Both the position numbers and the translations under genes were made by a program. A DNA stretch of 64,000 bases. It comes from the human T2T-CHM13v2.0 reference genome, Homo sapiens. Below, one piece after another: positions 16,545 to 30,375 of the stretch. The stretch lies in the NCBI RefSeq assembly GCF_009914755.1, contig NC_060934.1; one strand, written 5' to 3'. The first letter of the stretch is position 1, and each line of letters starts with the position of its first letter. Below the pieces are notes generated by a model. That model was not told where the DNA came from, searched no databases, and saw only the letters and a program-made list of their open reading frames with translations.

Positions 16545-17030
16545 TCATTTATTTTTATTTTTATTTTAAGTTCCGGGGTAAACGTTCAGGATGTGCAGGT
16601 TTGTTACATAGGTAAACGTGCTCCACAGTGGTTTGCTGCACCTATCAACCCATCACCTAGGTGTTAAGCCCAGCATGCATTAGCTATTTTTCCTAAAGCT
16701 CTTCCTCCCCCAACCCCACCTGCCAACAGGCCCCAGTGTGTGTTGTTCCCTTCCCTGTGTCTATGTGTTCTCATTGTTCAGCTCCCACTTGTAAGTGAGA
16801 ACATGCAGTATTTGGTTTTCTGTTCCTGAGTTAGTTTGCTGAGGATAATGGCTTCCAGCTCCATCCATGTCCCTGAAAAGGACATGATCTCATTCCTTTT
16901 TATGGCTGCATAGTATTCCATGGTGTATATGTACCACATTGTCTTTATCCAGTCTATCATTGATGGGCATTTGGGTTGATTCCATGTCTTTGCTATTGTG
17001 AATAGTGCTGCAATGAATATATGCGTGCAA
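16545..17030 (-). mobile_element. L1PA 3' end (5'-truncated insertion)
   Basis: Primate L1 3'UTR plus ORF2 C-terminus (the ORF track shows WIKTMWYIYTMEYYAAIKRNE). TSD-like cag(g/a)tttcattt. Confidence 0.93.
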
Positions 17031-17927
17031 CAGATTTCATTTTTTAACTGAGGGTAACAAGTGGCTGTGAATAAGAATAAATAATCCAGCCTTTGGGAAA
17101 TATATCAGCATCAGCCTATATTGTGATTGTTTTGACCTAAAAGCCGTAGATCTCTCGCTGTCCATCATTCTGGAAAAAATTAATCCTGTAACAGGCAATG
17201 AGGTTGGCTTTAAATGAAGTGAGGGGGAGTCAATATTCTTTTTTCTCTGGTATAGAAGTGGTCTCCCCCTTGGTAGAAACAAAGGAATCATCTATAATAT
17301 TTTATAGTGCTGGAGAAATAAGCTGTTCCCAGCAAGGCAGAGACTACTTGGGAGCAAAACAGGAGATGGTACACGAAGAGAGCATAGGGCAAGACAGCCA
17401 CAGAGGGGCGTTTGAGGAATTCTGTGCACCATGCTCTCTTTCCGTTATTTCTGAATCACCAGTAAAGCTCATTAAAAGTTACAGACTAATACTTTCGGCT
17501 ATGCTCTAAAAACCTCAAGATATATACACAAAGACATTCAGTGCAGCATTGTCTATAAAAACAAATGAGCAAAGATTCTATCAATAAGGGACTATTAAAT
17601 CAGGTATGCTACAGCCATATGATTGAACGTTATGCAGTCATAAAACATGAGCAATGTCTGTACATACTAATACAGAAAGATCTCAACATATATGTGAAAA
17701 GGCAAAGCAGCTTTTTTTTCTTTTCAGTAGGGGGGTTAGGAGATAGTAGTTTTATAGATAGTTAAATGGATTCATTTTCTACTTACATTGTATATTCATA
17801 ACTTTTCTGTACATGGAATCTCCAGAAACTTTTTAACAGTGCTTATTATAAATTTCTACTTGGATAAAGAACCCAGCCCACCAACGAACACAATGAACAA
17901 GGTTAGAAACTGCATTGTCCAAGCTGA

Positions 17928-18271
<344 letters not shown>

Positions 18272-19162
18272 CTCTGGTCAGGTTTAAGAGAACAAACCTA
18301 TAAGGAAATGAACTTCTAGGTCATGTCTAACTTAGTAGAATTCAACTGAAAGGACAGAGAAATTTGTAGACTGTACCTTCTATTTTACCCCCTTCACCCT
18401 TTGCATAAATCTTTCTACTCCAGCAAACCGTGAATTTCTTAGATGGCAACGTTTCTCCTCCCAATTCTTTCAATAATTGCTTATTAAATATCTACTCCAC
18501 TTCAGGACAAGGATCTGGAAATACACATGTAATATTTGGTCCCTGGCTTCACAGAATGCAGTCTAGACGTGGCTGGGGCCACCTAGACAGATGTCTCCCT
18601 ACAGTTCAGTGTGTTGGATGCTAACATGAAAAAGTTTGGGTGGGAAGAAATTTAGTTATCAGAGGAAGAACAGAGTCCAATGACCAAGTTCAAAGTGTGT
18701 TTATTAGCAATGAATCAGGGGGAAAGGTTGCCTCCAAAGCAAGGCTCTGATGTAATCAAAGGAATTCAGAGAACCAGGGCAGGCTAATCTCCAAGAAACA
18801 CTAATAAAAATGCTCACTTAAATCAAATGTTCTGAACACGGCACATAAATACCCTTCTCTTAGTGTTTATCACTGTAGGCAGCTTTGCTATGAAAAGAGA
18901 AAAGGTTGAGATAAACGAGTTAATTAAGCTGCCAGGCCTAGTCCAGCCCCGAGAGATTCTTTATCCTCCTTTCTGGCAGGCAGTCCATCTCAAGTTTCCA
19001 GGAGCAGAGCACACTCACTGCATCCCCTTTTTTTCCTGTGGTAAAGGTGTGACAGTGTCATTCCTGAGTGGTGACAGCAAATGACTAAGAACTGCTCATT
19101 ATTCCTACAACTATCCAAAAACCTCAGGCCAGACTACCCTAAGGAGTATGAATGTTCTAGAA

Positions 19163-19498
19163 CAGGGGTCCCCAGCCTCTGGGCCACCGACTGGTGCCAG
19201 TCCATAGCCTGAGGAACTGAGCCGCACAGCAGGACGTGAGCAGCAGGCAAGCGAGCATTACCACCTGAACGCCACCTCCTGTCAGATCAGCGGCAACAGA
19301 TTCTCATGGGAACGCAAACCCTACCGTGAACTGTGCATGCGAAGGATATAAGTTGGGCTCCCTATGAACATCTAATGCCTGATGATCTTCTGAGGCGGGA
19401 CAGTTTCATCCTGAAACCATTCCTCCCCAACCACAGTGCATGGAAAAACTGTCTTCCACGAAACCAGTCCCTGGTGCCAAAAAGGTTGGGGACTGATG
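19163..19498 (+). mobile_element. MER1B-like hAT-Charlie MITE
   Basis: Ends caggggtcccc ... ggggactgatg. Perfect 8-bp TSD TTCTAGAA (19155-19162, 19499-19506), typical of Charlie elements. Confidence 0.9.
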
Positions 19499-19979
19499 TT
19501 CTAGAAGGCAGGAGAAAAACAGGAGTGACTATGGCCTTCCAATTCTGAATATTTCAGATACCAAGTGGAGGTCCAATATGGACTCTCTGAGGCGGGGACT
19601 ATACCTTACTCATTCCTGTGCTTCATGCATGTGGTGCTAAAAGCTCTCCCGTTTGTGGAATGAAAAATAATAAGAAAAGCTCTACGCGTTTGTGGCATGA
19701 ATGAGTGAACACCACCCTCAGTACTTGTCTAGCCGGCTTTGTACAGAGAGTAAAACTTCAGTGAGGTCCTCAGGTAAGCCATGACATTATTGGTCCAATT
19801 ATCTGCCAAGCTTTCTGAAGGCACTTTAGTCGTATCCCACACCTGCCTCTGGCTCCGCTCTGTTATTTGCTGACTTAACTGTCCTGGGGCAGGTGGCCAG
19901 GTTCAAGCCAGCTCTGCTGGGGCCTTGTGAGAATCACAAGCCAGAATGCTGAATATGGTATTTTTTAACCACATAGAAG

Positions 19980-20770
19980 TCTTATTTTTGCATAGTTAGA
20001 TGTATCTACTTTTTATTTCATGACTTTCAGGCTTTGTATCCTGTTTAGAAGGTCGAGACACTCTCAGTTATAAATTCACCCATGTTTTTTTCTAGGATTT
20101 CTATTTTTTCACTTATTATACTTAATTATTTAATCCATAGGATTAAATCCATTTATTAAATACTTAATTATTTAATCCATAGGAATTGTGAGTGTGTTTG
20201 TGAGTGTGTGTGTGTGTGTGTGTTCTAAAAGAAGTAAGAAAAGGATGTAGATTTATCTTTTCTAAATAGTTAGCTAGTTGCTCCAACATCGATTACTGGG
20301 GATCTTTCTTCTCACACTGATCTTTAAATGCTACCTTTACTATAAATAAATCCTATGCACATTTGTTCACTATACTATAACTAGACATTACTCTGTCTAA
20401 TTTTTTCCAACACTAAACTCTTTTAATTAATATAGTTTCATATTGCTTTTTAAGATCTGATAGGGCTAATCTCCCTTAATTACACTTTATTTGTTTTTGG
20501 ATTTCATATATTTCATTTTGCAAAATGAACAATAGTATCATTTTGCCATGTCCCTAAAACAGACCTTGTTGCCATTTTAACTGCAATTTTATTTCTTTTA
20601 TGCCGAGATTTAGGGGAGATGAACATTTTTATAATATTGTGTCTTATCATCCAAGAGCCTAGTATGTCTCTCCAATGACTTAAATATTTTATGTTTCTCA
20701 GTAGAGTTTAAAATTTTTCCTCATATTGTGTCTGCATGTTACATTTAACTTCAGATGTTTTATTCTTAAT
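19980..20770 (-). mobile_element. Old L1M fragment with (TG)n at ~20188-20222
   Basis: T-rich reverse L1 ORF2-like sequence (ctagttgctccaacatc, tagggctaatctccct). Confidence 0.65.
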
Positions 20771-21344
20771 GTTTAATATATTTAATTACCATTTGTAAAT
20801 TCTAAAATTTCCAAGCACCATTTCCTGTGCTTAGAATGCTTTTCAACCACTTCTCCATTTGGCAAATTCCACTTGTTCTTCAAGGCCCTATTTAAATATC
20901 ACTTGCTTTGTAAAGTCTTCCTTGGCCCCATATCCAATCAGGATGCACTGTTATCCTTCCTCTGTTCTCCTGAACATCTTGTATGTAATGCCATCGTGCC
21001 ACTGGACACGTTGTAGTGCAACTTCTGCAGACAGGTCTCTCACCTTCATCACTCTGGAACTCTATAAGGAAAGGAGCTAGGATCCCCTGAGCCTGGCTCA
21101 TACCAAGCACTCAGTGCCAAATCATAGAGCATGCATCTTCATATTTCAATAGTGTTTTTGCAGTGCTAACAATGATAATGTTGATAAATGGCATAATTTG
21201 GAATAATGTGATTATGGTTTATTTTTTCTTCCTTAAACATAAGCCATGTTTAAAAATGCAGAAAATTATCCCATAATGAGAAACCATAAATAATTAAGAA
21301 ATGAAAAATAGATAGATTCTTTTCCTGGTATATTGCAGCTGAAT

Positions 21345-22400
21345 GTAAAGAGGCAGCATTGTAACAGTAAATAGAGCATCCTCTGGCACGAACAAGACCT
21401 GAATTTAAATCCTGAGTCAACCACTTATTAGCTAGATGATGATCTCAGGCAAGTTTCTTCATTTCTCTATGTCTCATTTTCTCTAACTGTAAAATAGGAA
21501 TAATAAATATTTTCATAGAAGGCTGACTAAGAAACATTTCAAATGTCCAAAATACTTGATCTCCTCCCCAAATCTGCCCCTTCTATACTCTTCCTCATTG
21601 CAAGAAATGACATGCTATCCTCCCAGTTGCTGAAAGAATTGGAGAGATCTAAGATTCCCCTCTTTCTTCTACTTCATGTTGCCAACTCATCAGCAAGTTC
21701 TCTAAGCAATTCTTTAGAAACATTTCCAGAATCCAATAATTTCTCAGCACCTGCTCTCCTCCCATTTGGTCCAAGCCACCATCTTCTCTTATCTTGACCA
21801 TTACGGTAGCCTCCTAACTGTTCTTCTTGCTTCCACCCTTGCCTTACCATCTACATGTTGACTGAATGATCCTTTTAAACTACATCAAATCATGTCACAA
21901 CTCTGCTCAGAACTTTCACCTAACTCACTTAATCTAACTCAGGGAAGAACTCAAATCATAACAGCAGTCTCAAGGACCAACTAGACACCCTCCTTCCCCC
22001 AACTACCTCTCTGACTTCATCTCCATCCCTCTCCCGTACTCTCTGATCCAGCCACACAAGCCTGCCTCCTGGTCCTGACAGCTCTCAGGGCCTTGGAATT
22101 GCTCATCTCACTGCCTAAAAAACTCTTTACCAGATATCTTCATGACCCCTCACTTCCTTCAGGTCTCTGCTGAAATGTCGCTTTATCAAAGAGGCCTTCC
22201 ATTATCGCCCCATATGCAATAGCACCTTCCCCACACTCTCACCTCTCTAATATTCTCCATTCTTCTTTTTTAAATTTTTTTCACAGTACTTTACACCACC
22301 TATCATATGTTTATATGGTAAGTGGTTGTCACACTCCAAAACCTAGACCACTTAGTAGGTGTTCAACTCATACTTATGGAATAACTGAAGAAATGAATAC
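21345..22400 (+). mobile_element. MIR (21345-21540) followed by an L2 fragment
   Basis: MIR core (aagacctgaatttaaatcctg..ggcaagtt..ctgtaaaatagg), then L2 motifs (tccaagccaccatc, agcctcctaactg, atcatgtcac). Confidence 0.78.
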
Positions 22401-22763
22401 ATTCTTGCCAACTACAATTCTACAGTTTATATAAAGCATCTAACCACAGAATAGATTCTCCTAAAATAAGTAGTCACAAGGAACTGGTGAAAAAAACTCA
22501 CCCATCCCTGATGCCCATGCTCATTACTCACTCAATGCTTAAGTGATTCAAAATAAAGATTCCTTTGTTTTACACCAGAACAACAAGAACAAAAAAATTC
22601 TCCCTGGAATCCATTAGAGATTGCCAACCCCAAACCTCTTTTCTACATTTTTTTGACTTTTAAAAATTATGGCTCTGTCCCCTCCCTCCTTCCCCCAGAC
22701 TCTGGGACTCCTCTCCTTCTGTTCATTCCTATTTGGAGCTGAAAGCCAGAAATAGCTGTTTAC

Positions 22764-22891
22764 CTCATTGTCCTCGTTTCCCTTCATTGTTACCATTCAG
22801 TTCTCTGGTGGCTTCCCTGTGGTGGATGTTTTTTAAATGAATTCCCAATAAGTTGAGAAAGAAAAGTATCAGTAAAGACCCTGGACACAGC
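22764..22891 (-). other. Candidate 128-nt internal (5' UTR or cassette) exon
   Basis: Minus strand: atatttttactttag|GCTGTGTCC...GAGGACAATGAG|gtaaac. Non-repetitive, purine-rich body of typical exon size. Confidence 0.4.
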
Positions 22892-24520
22892 CTAAAGTAA
22901 AAATATATTATGTGATATTTTCTTTAGGAAAAACTATTTAAAAATTGACCCTAACACAGGTAAAGTTTCTTCATTTATACATATATCATCTAATATTATT
23001 CTCAAAAGTAATAATGTTAAAGAGCTGGAGAAAGAACACACCATACAGAAGAAAGGACTAATTGTGTTTATTTAAAATATGAATAATAATAATTATGCAT
23101 GTTCAGCTCTTCCTCCTACAAGCAAGCCTATAAAAATTATCTAACAAAGGACTAAAACAACATGATCGCCAATCAATCAGCAAATCATTTTTGCATGCTC
23201 GACCCACAACTCCTGCTTTCATGTTTATTTTAATGCAGGGTTCAATAATACAAAGGCTTTTATAGGTTCATCAACTAAATAAGGATATACCATCCAAAAC
23301 TAATTTTTTAACGGGCAATTTCCTTATAGTGGTAAATGCAAATTAGATAATTTTCCCATTAAAATCATACAATATGCTGGAAAAGATAAATCTCTAGCAC
23401 ATTGGCATAAAATCAAGTAGGTTGTGAGTCCAAAGATAACCACAGGTAAACCAAACTATACATTTTAAAGCTTATGTGAAACTATATTAACCAGAAAAAA
23501 TAGAGCCTTTCCCATGATAATGAAGGTCCCAAAGGCACTAAGCATTTCCTTCCCATGATAATTGTATCTGGATAATTTAACCCAATAGAATAAAATCATC
23601 ATGTGAATTACCTAAGAAATAAAAAACAAATATTCTAAAATTTTATTTTGATTTGACTTTATGCTAAACGCTGTTAGTCTCTGATAGTAATTATACCTCA
23701 GCACACCAACTTGCCATTTGGGAAAATAGCCCAAAAATGTGCTGGATTGAAGGGGAGGAAATAGGCAGCCTAAGATTTAAGTTTAAATTTTGAGGTAGAT
23801 AATCTACAAAGTAGCTAATACTACAGGCAGATATTCAGCTATTGATCAAAAGTCGATCTTTTAAGGCCAAGGAATACACTGACACCATAAGGCATGCTGG
23901 CTAGAAACACTACCAGTTAGAGAGGCCACAGTCTCAATTTTCCTAGGATAGCCCCAGTATACACCTATTGTCCCAGTATCTCAGCAGGTTTAACATTTGT
24001 CCTAGATAGAAGCATCCCAGGTGGAATTATAACTTATATAGTATATGTAAATATATACTTAAATGTGAGCCATAAATGTCGATCAGCCCATTTGTCCCAA
24101 CCTTAACCACAAATTCTAATGTCCTTTAATCTTTTTCCACCCAAAAACCATGACAATCTTTACTGCAGAGGGCTCAATAACTATTTGTTAAATGACTACA
24201 TTAATTAGTATATTAGCATCCTCAGCCCAGGAATAGACAGGATTTGAAATTAGTCTGGATGCTGCAGGAGAGAGGTTCAATAAATACTAGCTGATTGAAT
24301 CTCGGTGAGAAAGGGTGACAGATTAAGAGTTCAACACTGTCTATTATATTGTCTTGCTTGCTGTTAAGATATTTTCAGATATATGGTTGCCAGTTCTGTT
24401 TTGGGGAGGAGGGAAGAGAAAAAGCATATCTTTTCTTAATTGTTGAATCCCTTTTATATCTAACATAAATTACAACCCCACTGACTTCTATTCCATTCTC
24501 AGCAAGAAGAAAATTTCTCC

Positions 24521-24522
<2 letters not shown>

Positions 24523-24559
<37 letters not shown>
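24523..24559. repeat. (CA)n microsatellite
   Basis: Direct reading. Confidence 0.97.
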
Positions 24560-24561
<2 letters not shown>

Positions 24562-26090
24562 ACTTAGTGCTTATAGCTCAAGAACTGATCTAAGGATTGA
24601 TTTTACTACAAATTCAAGGACACATATATCAAATGTATAAGAATAGTTGCCTATGGCAAAAAGGTAATGAAATTAAATAATGGAGATAAAATAATCAATA
24701 TATTAGACCACAGCAGGTCCTGATGGACTGACAATGATAGTAAACCATTACCTGAGAAGTGTGATTAACTCAAGCTTGTCTACACAAGTTCCCAAAAATT
24801 AAAAAACAAAACAAAACATAATGCAGTTCACAGATACAATGTGGGAACAATTCAACCTTCTGAAAATCTTTGCTGAAACATATGACACTCCCACATGTGA
24901 GATATTGATGTCCAAAATGATCTCTCTCATGTAAAAAAGAAATCTGTTTATTGAATCAGAACCATTTATTTTAAATGCAAAAAAGAACTTCCAGGAAATG
25001 TAGTGTTTTGCTGTTTTGATATTAAATACTAAATCTAATAATGGCTAAACTTGGCTTTCAAAGATAGTTTCTCCTTTCCTTGATTTAATAAACTGCTTGG
25101 GAGCCCTGTAACTCAAAGAGAGGAGAAACTGTAGTTGATACAGGCCAGAAACATGGCCCCCATATCACACCAAATAAGAACTCTTAGTGCACTAATCTTT
25201 ACAACATCACCATGAAAGAAACCGATAAAGCTAGAGTGATGCTTGGGACAAGAGGCCCAGAGTGGTGGGCAGAAGTAAGAGAGAAGAAAGATGAAATGAA
25301 GAAGTCTCCCATTTATCAACTAGCAGATACATTTTAGGCTCTGCTATAGGCATCAAAGCTCAAGAAATCGGCAAAAAAAAAAAAAAGTGTGGTTCTGATT
25401 CCTATTGTCCCTCCGCCCACATTCTAACCTTGGCCCCAACCCCATGAACAAGCCATGCTTAGCAGACAGCTTTGCTGCTACTCGAGGAAGCAGATGGCAG
25501 CCCCTATCACCTCTCTGCCCCAGCTTGCTACTGCCCAGGCTCTCGGCTCAGTCTGCAACCAAATTCCTCATGCCAAAGTTAGGACATTTCAAACTTGTCA
25601 TGCGCAACCATCTCTCTCATTTCTGCAGTCTCAGCCATGGGAAGAACAGAGCCCTCCTCTCCCTTCTCATCCCTTTCTGCCCTGTTTCTTCCTTCCCACT
25701 GCACATCTCTCACCACTGACAACCTTCCACTGTGCTCTGGAACTGCAAGCCCTTGTCAGTGAAAAACCCTACATCCTCAGCCTTTCCCCAAAGTGCCCTC
25801 TCCATCTCCCAACTCCACTGAGATCTGGTTCTCCTCTCCCTGAAAAATATGTCATCTGGCAGCAACAGGCTTCCTAGGTTCAGTACTCACCATGCCACTT
25901 CTTTTCATGCCCTTTTCCTTGGAAAGGCCTTCCCTCCATCCTATTCTTTTTTACCTGGCTAAGTCCAACTCATTCTTCAAGAAAACAACTCTACTTTCTT
26001 TAAGAAGCCTCACCTGATATGGTTGTCATGCCCACAGCTAACTCAATGCCACTCTTTGGTATTACCATAATTCTCACTCTATCCCATATG

Positions 26091-26091
<1 letters not shown>

Positions 26092-26123
<32 letters not shown>

Positions 26124-26441
26124 GCTCTCTCTTTCTCCACTCAGGATATCCTTTTTTTTTGAGATGGAGTCTCACTTTGTCGCCCAGGCTGGAGGGCAGT
26201 GGCGCATCTCTGCTCACTGCAAGCTGCACCTCCCAGGTTCACACCATTCTTCTGCCTCAGCCTCCCACATAGCTGAGACTACAGGCGCCCGCCACCACGC
26301 CCAGCTAATTTTTTTTATTTTTTAGTAGAGATGGGGTTTCACTGTGTTGGCCAGGATGGTCTCAATCTCCTGACCTCGTGATCCACCTGCCTCAGACTCC
26401 CAAAGTGCTGGGATTACAGGCGTGAGCCACTGTGCCCGGCC
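26092..26441 (-). mobile_element. (CT)n tract then AluY/Sc (26153-26441), nested in L2
   Basis: Reverse Alu. TSD caggatatcctttt. Confidence 0.9.
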
Positions 26442-27489
26442 AGGATATCCTTTTATAAATATGTGTGTATTTGTCTTCCCCATAAAACTGTGAGCTCCTT
26501 GAGGGTACATACTGAGCCCTATTAACTAATTGCTGGCATGTAACAATTATTCAATAAATGTTCATCAGATAAATGAATAAAAATCTATGTCCCTGACTCC
26601 AATAAGTGAAATGAATGAGTAGGGATTAAGTGGACATTTTTCCTTTATTGGATTTTTCTCTCAATCTATTAAAGCTGTTCTTACTTACTACCAAACAACA
26701 TAAAGATATAGCCAAAGAAAAGCCAACCACCTTCCCTCCTCACCCTTACCTTTGAGGTAGCCACTGCTAAATGCTTGTTATGTACTGTTCTATGATTTTT
26801 TCTCTGCTTGTGGAACACACACATATGCACACATAGGGATTTTTCTCAATTTACAAAACTGGGGTCATTTATGACATAGATTTTATTCTAAAACACACTC
26901 TTTTCACTTAACAATGTATCATGGCCATCCCTCCAGACCAGTGCATATGGGTCTCACTCACTCTTTCCAATAACTGTGTAATAGTCCACATGTATGCGCC
27001 ACAATCTGGTCACTCATTCCCCCAATGGATGAGCAGTTAGGTTGCTTCCAGTTTTGTGGAAGTTCCGAAAACAACGTTAGCAAAACTGGTCTAAGATTTC
27101 GACAGCACACATGAGTTATTTCCCTGCCAGTGCAATGGAATCTATCCACACACACCTGGGCCTTTTTCCTCATGACTCAAGCTTCTGAAAAGCCAGCAGT
27201 TTCATTGAGTGATTGCTTCTTTGTAAAGTGTTTGTTTTCTGCATGTGTCTTGCATGGTGTATGTATTTACTATTTATTGAATTGGACCGAAAGCTAACCA
27301 GATAGAAAATTGTCTGGAAGGGTTTATGGGATGCACTGTTTGCCATTAATTCTGAGGTTTTGATAGGAAGGGAGAAAATAGGAGATTTTCATTTTTAACT
27401 TTGTATAATTCCAGCCTGTTTGAATTTAAACATACTGTATTAATTTATAATTTAATATTTTAATGTATTATATAGGTATGTTAACATAG

Positions 27490-27793
<304 letters not shown>

Positions 27794-27889
27794 TGATTTT
27801 AATATATTACTTTTATAACTTAAAAATAACTTTTTTGAAAGCTTGCAGGATGATCCAGACCCGGCATTAGAGAAAATAAGCTCTAATTC

Positions 27890-28210
27890 AATGGCTCCCA
27901 AGTCTGCCTGTACATAAGAAATAACTGGGGCTTATTAAAAATGCAGATGCCCAGGCCTAACCTGAATATTCTGATTTAGTAGCTCTGAAGAAGAGGCTTT
28001 GTATCAGTACCTTTGATAAACACTCCAGTTGACTCTTATGATCCTGCCATAATGGGACACCACTGTAATCTAGTGGTCCTTAGAATCACTTTTCACATGT
28101 TTTGGGACTCTATCTTTAGTGTTTAGAAACCATTAGATCTGGAATGAGGCCTGGGAATCTATATTTTTAAAAGGTTGCCTAGACAATTCTCCCCAGGTAT
28201 GGAAACTCTA
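27890..28210. mobile_element. MER5-like hAT-Charlie MITE relics
   Basis: ttaaaaatgcagatgcccaggcc..attctgatttagtag; gaggcctgggaatctatattttt. Confidence 0.7.
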
Positions 28211-28479
28211 TTCCAAGTGTTATAATTTCCTCTAGCTGGTAATTCAAAAATCAAAATATAATGGATCCGTTTTGGTCTCTAGTGGAAAAACACAACACCA
28301 AGTTACAAGTCTTTGATGAGAGTATCCTAAAATACCACAAGATGGGAATGTCTTAGCTTGCTCTATCATAAAATTAAAGAATGCTTTTAATTGTTAGCTT
28401 GAATAGAGAACTGGATTTTAATACTTTTCTCTTAAAATTTTAAAAATAAAGTTGCTTTTCTTATGAGATTAAATTGATT

Positions 28480-28751
28480 TATTTGTTTGTTTGTTTTTTT
28501 GAGATAGAGTCTCAGTCTGTCACCCAAGCTGGAATGCAAAGTCGCAATATCAGCGATTCTCATGCCTCAGCCTCCCGAGTAGCTGGGATTACAGGCGTGT
28601 GCCACCATGCCCGGCTAATTTTTGTATTTTTAAGAGTGATGGGGTTTCACCATGTTGGCCAGGCTGGTCTTAAACTCCTGGCCTCAAGTGATCCATCCGC
28701 CTCAGCCTCCCAACGTGCTGGGATTACAGGCGTGAGCCACCGCACCCGGCC
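28480..28751 (-). mobile_element. AluS with internal deletion
   Basis: Reverse Alu. TSD aattgattt. Confidence 0.9.
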
Positions 28752-29144
28752 AATTGATTTCATTGTTTTCTTTTCCTTTTTTTAAACCAACCAGGGACAT
28801 TTAATTTAAAAAAATACAAGCAAGTTATCCAGGACCTAATCTGCTAAGCAGTGTTCTCCCCAAGAGGATGAAGCCCTGCTGGCTGGCTCTGACATTCAAT
28901 TCAGACTGAAAACACAGTAACTCCTCTGGCCCTTGCTGGGAAATGTCCTGCCCAGGCCATGGGCAGCACTCCAGTGCAGCTGACCTCCCACAAGGCCCCC
29001 AAACACATGATCCCACCAAAGGCTTGAACAGGGGAACCTCACAAGCAGGCAGAGAGCACACCTGAGACACAAGGACAAGTAAGTCAAGCAAATGGGACTG
29101 AGGTAAGCAGCCCCAGCCCCTGTCTCCATTGTGTGCCCCCTTAA

Positions 29145-29513
<369 letters not shown>

Positions 29514-30129
29514 TAGATATTAGAAATAAGTAGAGATCATTTTAAAAATCAAGAGCATTTATCTTTTCAAGGATCTAAAGGACTTCCTATTGATAAGTTA
29601 GGTACTTAAGTAGACACATTAAGCTTCTGGTCCTATAAGCTTATTTCCCCTTTCAGGAGTACAGACAAGAGCAGATGACTGAATTGAAACACCATAGTGA
29701 AGCCCACAGTTTTGAAATCTTTTAAAAAATTAATGACAAAAATATACACATTTCTAGACAAACTCAACTCCGTAACTACTAAGCACTCTACTAATCTTTT
29801 AGAATTTTTTTTCAAATTCACATAAATAAAAGTGCTGCATAAAAAGATACGTAAAATCCTCAGTCTTTGGTAATGTCTAGGAAATTCTGGTTCTCAACAC
29901 TGAAATAGGAAGAAAAAACTAGGAATATCAAATTAACAACATCTAGTATCAGTGGCCTTGTTTTCCACACTTTGTCATTACCAAATGCCTACCAAGATGT
30001 TTCTAAATGTATTGGAAATTCCAAGTTACTTATCAAGGCTATTTCCTTTCAATGCCATGTCTAAGCCATTCTCTCTCTCTTCTTAGCAAATCAATGATTG
30101 TGATGTCTATTACAATATTTGAAGGACTA

Positions 30130-30375
30130 ATAACAGAAGTAGTAAAACAAAGTGGATGTGATCAGAATCAGACAGATTTGGGTAGAAATCAGGATCTGCC
30201 ATTTACCAAGCTTAGCTCAGGCAAATTTTATAATCTCTCAAAACCTCAATTCCTTCATCTGTAAAATGGGGAGGTAATAACAATAGCTACTTGATTGAGT
30301 CATTGTGAGGATTAAATAATGTAACACATGTAAAGTACCTGACACCTAATAAACATACAATAACTGATATTTATT
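30130..30375 (+). mobile_element. MIR
   Basis: aatcagacagatttgggt..ctcaattccttcatctgtaaaatgggg..ttgtgaggattaaat. Confidence 0.88.

Noticed and set aside
25488-25503. CTCF-like AAGCAGATGGCAGC
   Set aside because: It mismatches the conserved 5' CC core and cannot be supported without a PWM scan or ChIP data.
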